From the NCBI GenBank assembly GCA_045638405.1, contig JAZUBG010000074.1:1-47567 (forward strand): a DNA stretch of 47,567 nucleotides, given 5' to 3'. This DNA is from Eubacteriales bacterium. GTDB lineage: Bacteria; Bacillota; Clostridia; Oscillospirales; CAG-272. The notes beneath the pieces are model-generated. The model was not told the origin of the DNA. It did not search any database and saw nothing but the letters and a program-made list of their open reading frames with translations. Positions 43,495 through 47,567 of this stretch are shown in pieces. Position numbers and translations under genes: made by a program. Position 1 is the stretch's first letter, and the number at the start of each line of letters is the position of its first letter.

Positions 43495-44997
43495 ATGACA
43501 AACGAAAACAAGAATAAAATCAGCGCCGAACGTTATGTACGAAATAACGTTTTTCTAAGCGAGAAAATACAGACTGATGAACTTCCCGTTTATGATAAAA
43601 TCCAATCGCTTCTTCCCTCTCCTATTTGGGAAGGACACGAAGATGCTGTCAGCTGTTACTACAGAGCATGGGAGATCGCTTTCGGCAATATTAAGAAAGC
43701 AGTCCCGGGTTCAGGGTTCGTTTCTCATTTTATTGATACTGCGTTTAACGACTGCCTCTTTATGTGGGACTCAAGCTTCATTCTGATGTTCGGGAAGTAT
43801 GCACGACACATATTTGATTTTCAGCGGACTCTTGACAACTTCTACTCACATCAACACGAGGACGGTTTCATCTGCCGAGAGATCAGCGAGAATAAAGGAA
43901 TGGAAATGTGGTCGCCTGACGATCTTTCCTCAACGGGACCGAACGTTATGCCCTGGACAGAATGGGAGTACTGGTGTCTCACCCCCGACAAACAAAGACT
44001 CTCACGTGTGTTCGATCCTCTTATGGCTTACCACATTTGGTTCAGTAAGAACAGGACGTGGGATGATGGTACATACTTCGCGACGGGACTTGCCTCAGGT
44101 ATGGATAACTGTCCGCGAATCAATTACGATCTGTACGAGCTAAGCACCCATCACGGATTTGTTACAGCAATCGACGCCTGCTGTCAGCAGTATCTCAGCG
44201 CAAGTATACTGATAAAAATGGCAAAGATACTTGGAAGATCGGTAGAAGTGGATTTTCTGATTGAAGAAACTGAATATCTCCAAAAAATAATCAACGATAC
44301 GATGTGGGACGAAAAGTCGGGGTTTTATTACGACAGGAATCAGAACGGAACTCTAACTTATATTAAAACCGTAGCATCATATTGGGCTTTGATTGCAGGA
44401 ATCGTCCCTGAAGAGAGATGTAATGCATTTACTGCGCATCTTGACAATACGTCTGAGTTCAAACGCCCTTGCCCTATTCCTTCCCTTTCCGCCGACCATC
44501 CGGATTACAATAACGACACCGGCGGGTATTGGTGCGGCGGTGTATGGGCACCTACTAATTATATGACTCTCAAGGGACTTGAAAAATACGGTTACGACAA
44601 GCTTGCCTACGAGATCGCTCTTAATTATTTGAACAACGTTGTAACGGTATATAAAAAAACCGGAACTCTATACGAAAACTACAGTCCAGAAAAAGCTGAA
44701 AAAGGAGTCGCACAGGCTGATTTCGTCGGCTGGACCGGATTAGTTCCAATATCAATTATGATAGAGTTCGTTTTCGGAATCAAAGCCGATCCTCTGAACA
44801 AAAAGATTACGTGGATAGTTAATCGGCTGGAAAAACACGGCATTATAGGTTTCCGTCTCGGAGATACTATTGTCGATCTTATATGTAATCAACGTTCTTC
44901 CGCTAACGAAAAGCCGAAAATTCAAATTAACTCCGACGTTCCTATTGACATCGAAATAATATGGGACGGAGGACGAGAGATTTATACACATAACTAA
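43495..44997 (+). CDS. Six-hairpin (alpha/alpha)6 glycoside hydrolase, trehalase/GH63-like (clan GH-G), paralogue 1
   Basis: LFMWDSSF (trehalase-like WDS acid motif), GGYWCGGVWAPTNYM, ENYSPE...DFVGWTGL. GGGAGG SD before the ATG at 43495. Confidence 0.65.
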   Translation: MTNENKNKISAERYVRNNVFLSEKIQTDELPVYDKIQSLLPSPIWEGHEDAVSCYYRAWEIAFGNIKKAVPGSGFVSHFIDTAFNDCLFMWDSSFILMFGKYARHIFDFQRTLDNFYSHQHEDGFICREISENKGMEMWSPDDLSSTGPNVMPWTEWEYWCLTPDKQRLSRVFDPLMAYHIWFSKNRTWDDGTYFATGLASGMDNCPRINYDLYELSTHHGFVTAIDACCQQYLSASILIKMAKILGRSVEVDFLIEETEYLQKIINDTMWDEKSGFYYDRNQNGTLTYIKTVASYWALIAGIVPEERCNAFTAHLDNTSEFKRPCPIPSLSADHPDYNNDTGGYWCGGVWAPTNYMTLKGLEKYGYDKLAYEIALNYLNNVVTVYKKTGTLYENYSPEKAEKGVAQADFVGWTGLVPISIMIEFVFGIKADPLNKKITWIVNRLEKHGIIGFRLGDTIVDLICNQRSSANEKPKIQINSDVPIDIEIIWDGGREIYTHN

Positions 44998-45014
44998 ACC
45001 TAAAGGAGACAATT

Positions 45015-46529
45015 ATGTCAGAAAGAAGACTGTTTCGTGTAAACGAAAACTTAAAATATGATAATAACCGCTTTGCAGACAATAATAAATTTATCAACGG
45101 CCCCCGCTATGATGTTGACATTCCTATCTACGAAGAGATAAAGGATAAGCTACCGAAACCCTTGTGGGAAGGTCATGAAGACGCTATAGCTTGTTATTAT
45201 AAAGCATGGAAGATCGGCTTCGGTAACATAAAAAAAGCTCTTCCCGAAGCGGGATTTGTATCTGATTTTATTGATACGGCATTCAACGGATTCCTCTTCA
45301 TGTGGGACTCAAGCTTTATCGTAATGTTCGGCAAATATGCAAGCAGGATATTCAACTTCCAGAAGACACTTGACAATATGTACTCTCATCAGCACAAAGA
45401 CGGATTCATTTGCCGAGAGATATGCGAGAGCCGTGACGGTGAACTCTGGCACAGAGACGATCCTGCCTCCACAGGTCCTAACGTAATGCCCTGGGCTGAG
45501 TGGGAATACTTCTGTTCAACGGGAGACCTTGACCGTCTTTCCAAAGTCTTCGACCCTCTCTGCGGATACCATCTGTGGCTCCAGAGAAACAGATCGTGGC
45601 CCGATGGAAGTTACTGGAGTTGTGGACTTGCTTGCGGTATGGACAATCAGCTCAGAATGCCTCCGGAGTTTAACGACAGAATCTCCCACGCTTTCATGAG
45701 CTGGATCGATGCCTGCGCACAGCAGTACCTCAGTGCAAGTTTACTTATTAAGATGGCTGACGTACTTGACAGAAGAAATGAAGTTAAATGGCTTGAAGAG
45801 GAAATCGAGCTTCTGAAAAACACTATTAACAATACAATGTGGTCAGAAGAAGATGCATATTACTACGACAAACGACGAGACGGCTCTCTGACGGGAGTTA
45901 AGACTGTCGGATCATATTGGACATTGCTTTCTGATCTTGTCCCTCAGGAACGTCTTGACACTTACGTGGCACACCTCGATAATGAGGAAGAATTCAAGCG
46001 TCCTAACAGAGTTCCCTCAATGGCTGCAAACGATCCCGGATATGAACCTCCCGAAGGCGGTTACTGGCGTGGCGGAGTTTGGGCACCCACAAACTATATG
46101 GTGCTTAAGGGACTTGAAAAACACGGTTACAACAAACTTGCTTATGAGATAGCCTCAGACTATCTCGGCTGTGTTGTCAAGGTTTTCAATGAAGAAGACA
46201 CACTTTTCGAGAATTACTCTCCCGAGGCGGCAGCTCCGGGTCACGCAAGACGGGACTTCGTAGGCTGGACCGGACTTGCTCCTATTTCCATAATGTTTGA
46301 ATACGTTTTCGGAATCAAAGCAGACGCTCAAAACAACAAGATCACATGGCACGTTAATCTTACCGACCGTCACGGAATCGAGAACTATCCTCTCGGAGAC
46401 GCTACGGTTGACCTTATCTGCGAAGCGCGAAAGTCTGCAGATGACGTACCCGTAATTAAAGTAAAAAGTGACAAACCTGTTACAGTCGAAGTTATCTGTA
46501 ACGGCGAAACAAAAATTTATAATACCTAA
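45015..46529 (+). CDS. Six-hairpin glycoside hydrolase, trehalase/GH63-like, paralogue 2 (tandem duplicate)
   Basis: Colinear with the preceding gene; shared blocks include WEGHEDA, FGNIKKA, LFMWDSSFI, STGPNVMPW, QQYLSAS, GGVWAPTNYM, ENYSPE, DFVGWTGL, VFGIKAD. Confidence 0.65.
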   Translation: MSERRLFRVNENLKYDNNRFADNNKFINGPRYDVDIPIYEEIKDKLPKPLWEGHEDAIACYYKAWKIGFGNIKKALPEAGFVSDFIDTAFNGFLFMWDSSFIVMFGKYASRIFNFQKTLDNMYSHQHKDGFICREICESRDGELWHRDDPASTGPNVMPWAEWEYFCSTGDLDRLSKVFDPLCGYHLWLQRNRSWPDGSYWSCGLACGMDNQLRMPPEFNDRISHAFMSWIDACAQQYLSASLLIKMADVLDRRNEVKWLEEEIELLKNTINNTMWSEEDAYYYDKRRDGSLTGVKTVGSYWTLLSDLVPQERLDTYVAHLDNEEEFKRPNRVPSMAANDPGYEPPEGGYWRGGVWAPTNYMVLKGLEKHGYNKLAYEIASDYLGCVVKVFNEEDTLFENYSPEAAAPGHARRDFVGWTGLAPISIMFEYVFGIKADAQNNKITWHVNLTDRHGIENYPLGDATVDLICEARKSADDVPVIKVKSDKPVTVEVICNGETKIYNT

Positions 46530-46540
46530 AGGAGGTTACT

Positions 46541-47567
46541 ATGTTTAATCTTGATCATATTACCCGTCCGCTTCCCTTCAAGGCAAGACGTCAGAGCAGT
46601 TATGACAGAACAGGCGGAAACGCTGACGTTATACACATTGCTCCTCATTCAACCGGAGTGATGTTTGAAGCAGAAGCCGCAGGTGTCGTTCGTCATATCT
46701 GGATGGCTGTTGCAACTGAAGAGACATATTATCTCCGCCGTAATCTCATCAGAATGTATTGGGACGGTGAGGAAACTCCTTCCGTAGAGTGTCCTGTAGG
46801 TGATTTCTTCTGTCTCGGTCACTGTGAGTCTTACGAACACTCAAGTGCGTGTTTTTCTACGTCAGTCAATAACGACCCTGCAAGAATAGGTCAGGGTGTT
46901 GCTCTTAACTGCTGGATCCCCATGCCTTTTAAGAAGAGCGCAAGAATCGAATTTGTATCCGAGCAGGATCTGCCGATAAGTCTCTATTTCTACGTAGATT
47001 GGTCTGAATATGAAAGCCTTCCCGATGATACTTTTACGCTTCACGCTTCTTGGAGACGTGAAAATCCCGTCACAACGCCCAAAGTTGAAGGAGATCCTCT
47101 TTTCGATGAAATGATAGAAGGCAGAAATCTTACCGACAAGTACAATTATCGCCTCCTTTACGCAGAAGGCAGAGGTAACTTCCTTGGAGTTAACATGAGT
47201 GTTGATAACCGCGCCGGTGACTGGTGGGGTGAAGGAGACGATATGTTCTTCATCGACCGTCCAGAAGGTAACCGTGACTGCGGTGGAAATTGGCCTCCCG
47301 ATCTTCACGGTACGGGAAGCGAAGACTATTTCTGTCACGCCTGGGGTATGCAGAAAACACACAATATGTACTGTGGCGAGCCTTGGTGCGAAGACCACTT
47401 CTTCGCACGTGCTCATAACTGTAACGGAAAAGTAGCGGTTTACCGTTTCCATATTGCCGATCCAATTCCTTTTGAAAACAAGATCAGGGTAAGTATTGAA
47501 CACGGCCACGCAAATGACCGTTCAGAATGTGATGACGTAGCATCTACTGTTTACTGGTATCAGCAGG
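46541..47567 (+). CDS. GH172 (DUF2961) glycoside hydrolase, 5' partial (runs off the window)
   Basis: Not in the ORF track because there is no stop in the window. My translation from the ATG at 46541 (GGAGG SD) is MFNLDHITRPLPFKARRQSSYDRTGGNAD...GEGDDMFFIDR...GTGSEDYF...YRFHIADPIPF...IEHGHAND...VYWYQQ, which carries the classic DUF2961 blocks. Confidence 0.8.
   Translation, partial: MFNLDHITRPLPFKARRQSSYDRTGGNADVIHIAPHSTGVMFEAEAAGVVRHIWMAVATEETYYLRRNLIRMYWDGEETPSVECPVGDFFCLGHCESYEHSSACFSTSVNNDPARIGQGVALNCWIPMPFKKSARIEFVSEQDLPISLYFYVDWSEYESLPDDTFTLHASWRRENPVTTPKVEGDPLFDEMIEGRNLTDKYNYRLLYAEGRGNFLGVNMSVDNRAGDWWGEGDDMFFIDRPEGNRDCGGNWPPDLHGTGSEDYFCHAWGMQKTHNMYCGEPWCEDHFFARAHNCNGKVAVYRFHIADPIPFENKIRVSIEHGHANDRSECDDVASTVYWYQQ

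Noticed and set aside
46649-47509. Minus-strand ORFs of 63 aa and 215 aa at the right edge.
   Set aside because: The plus strand here encodes an unmistakable DUF2961/GH172 protein that the track omits for lack of a stop. These ORFs are its antisense shadows.
1-47567. Scan for CRISPR arrays, rRNA genes, prophage modules, toxin-antitoxin pairs and known defence genes.
   Set aside because: I saw no regularly spaced direct repeats, no cas/RT/nuclease-helicase style ORFs and no phage structural genes. The window is dominated by housekeeping and transport genes.

Overview
This is a moderately AT-rich chromosomal segment that reads like a Clostridia (Oscillospiraceae/Ruminococcaceae-like) core region, not a mobile island. 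All product calls come from motif recognition by eye; no searches were run.

Gene content, left to right:
- The last ~117 nt of an IS3-family element sit at the left edge.
- A minus-strand housekeeping block follows with Bacillus-like synteny: holB, ricT/yaaT, ferredoxin, yabB-like methyltransferase, rsmI, nagA, metG, tatD.
- Next come an asymmetric heterodimeric ABC exporter pair (-) and a T-box(Ile)-controlled type-2 ileS (+).
- Then pgi plus a 135-aa mini P-loop ATPase (-), and a PBP5-type DD-carboxypeptidase (-).
- An unusual ABC / DUF1854 / ABC operon (+) follows, then tRNA-Thr(CGU) and an ArsB/NhaD-type permease.
- Then a 554-aa ECF-like sigma factor with a long C-terminal extension, a 2-TM membrane protein, a xylose-isomerase-fold enzyme and ptsH.
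- Then uvrC-rsmD-coaD, a PII-type (Ca2+-like) P-type ATPase and an M16C peptidase.
- A second asymmetric ABC exporter pair follows.
- The window ends in a glycan cluster: two tandem trehalase/GH63-like paralogues and the 5' part of a GH172 (DUF2961) gene that runs off the right edge.

I saw no CRISPR array, rRNA, phage genes or recognisable defence genes.

The best candidate for an uncharacterised system is the 18.8-24.2 kb operon. Both of its ABC half-transporters carry an extra N-terminal cytosolic module (a beta-rich segment plus a Cys4 zinc ribbon, one of them with His-rich tracts), and they flank a DUF1854 protein.

Secondary leads are the extended sigma factor, three unexplained structured non-coding stretches (24.35-24.69 kb, 33.2-33.43 kb, 36.29-36.40 kb) and the duplicated glycosidase/GH172 cluster.
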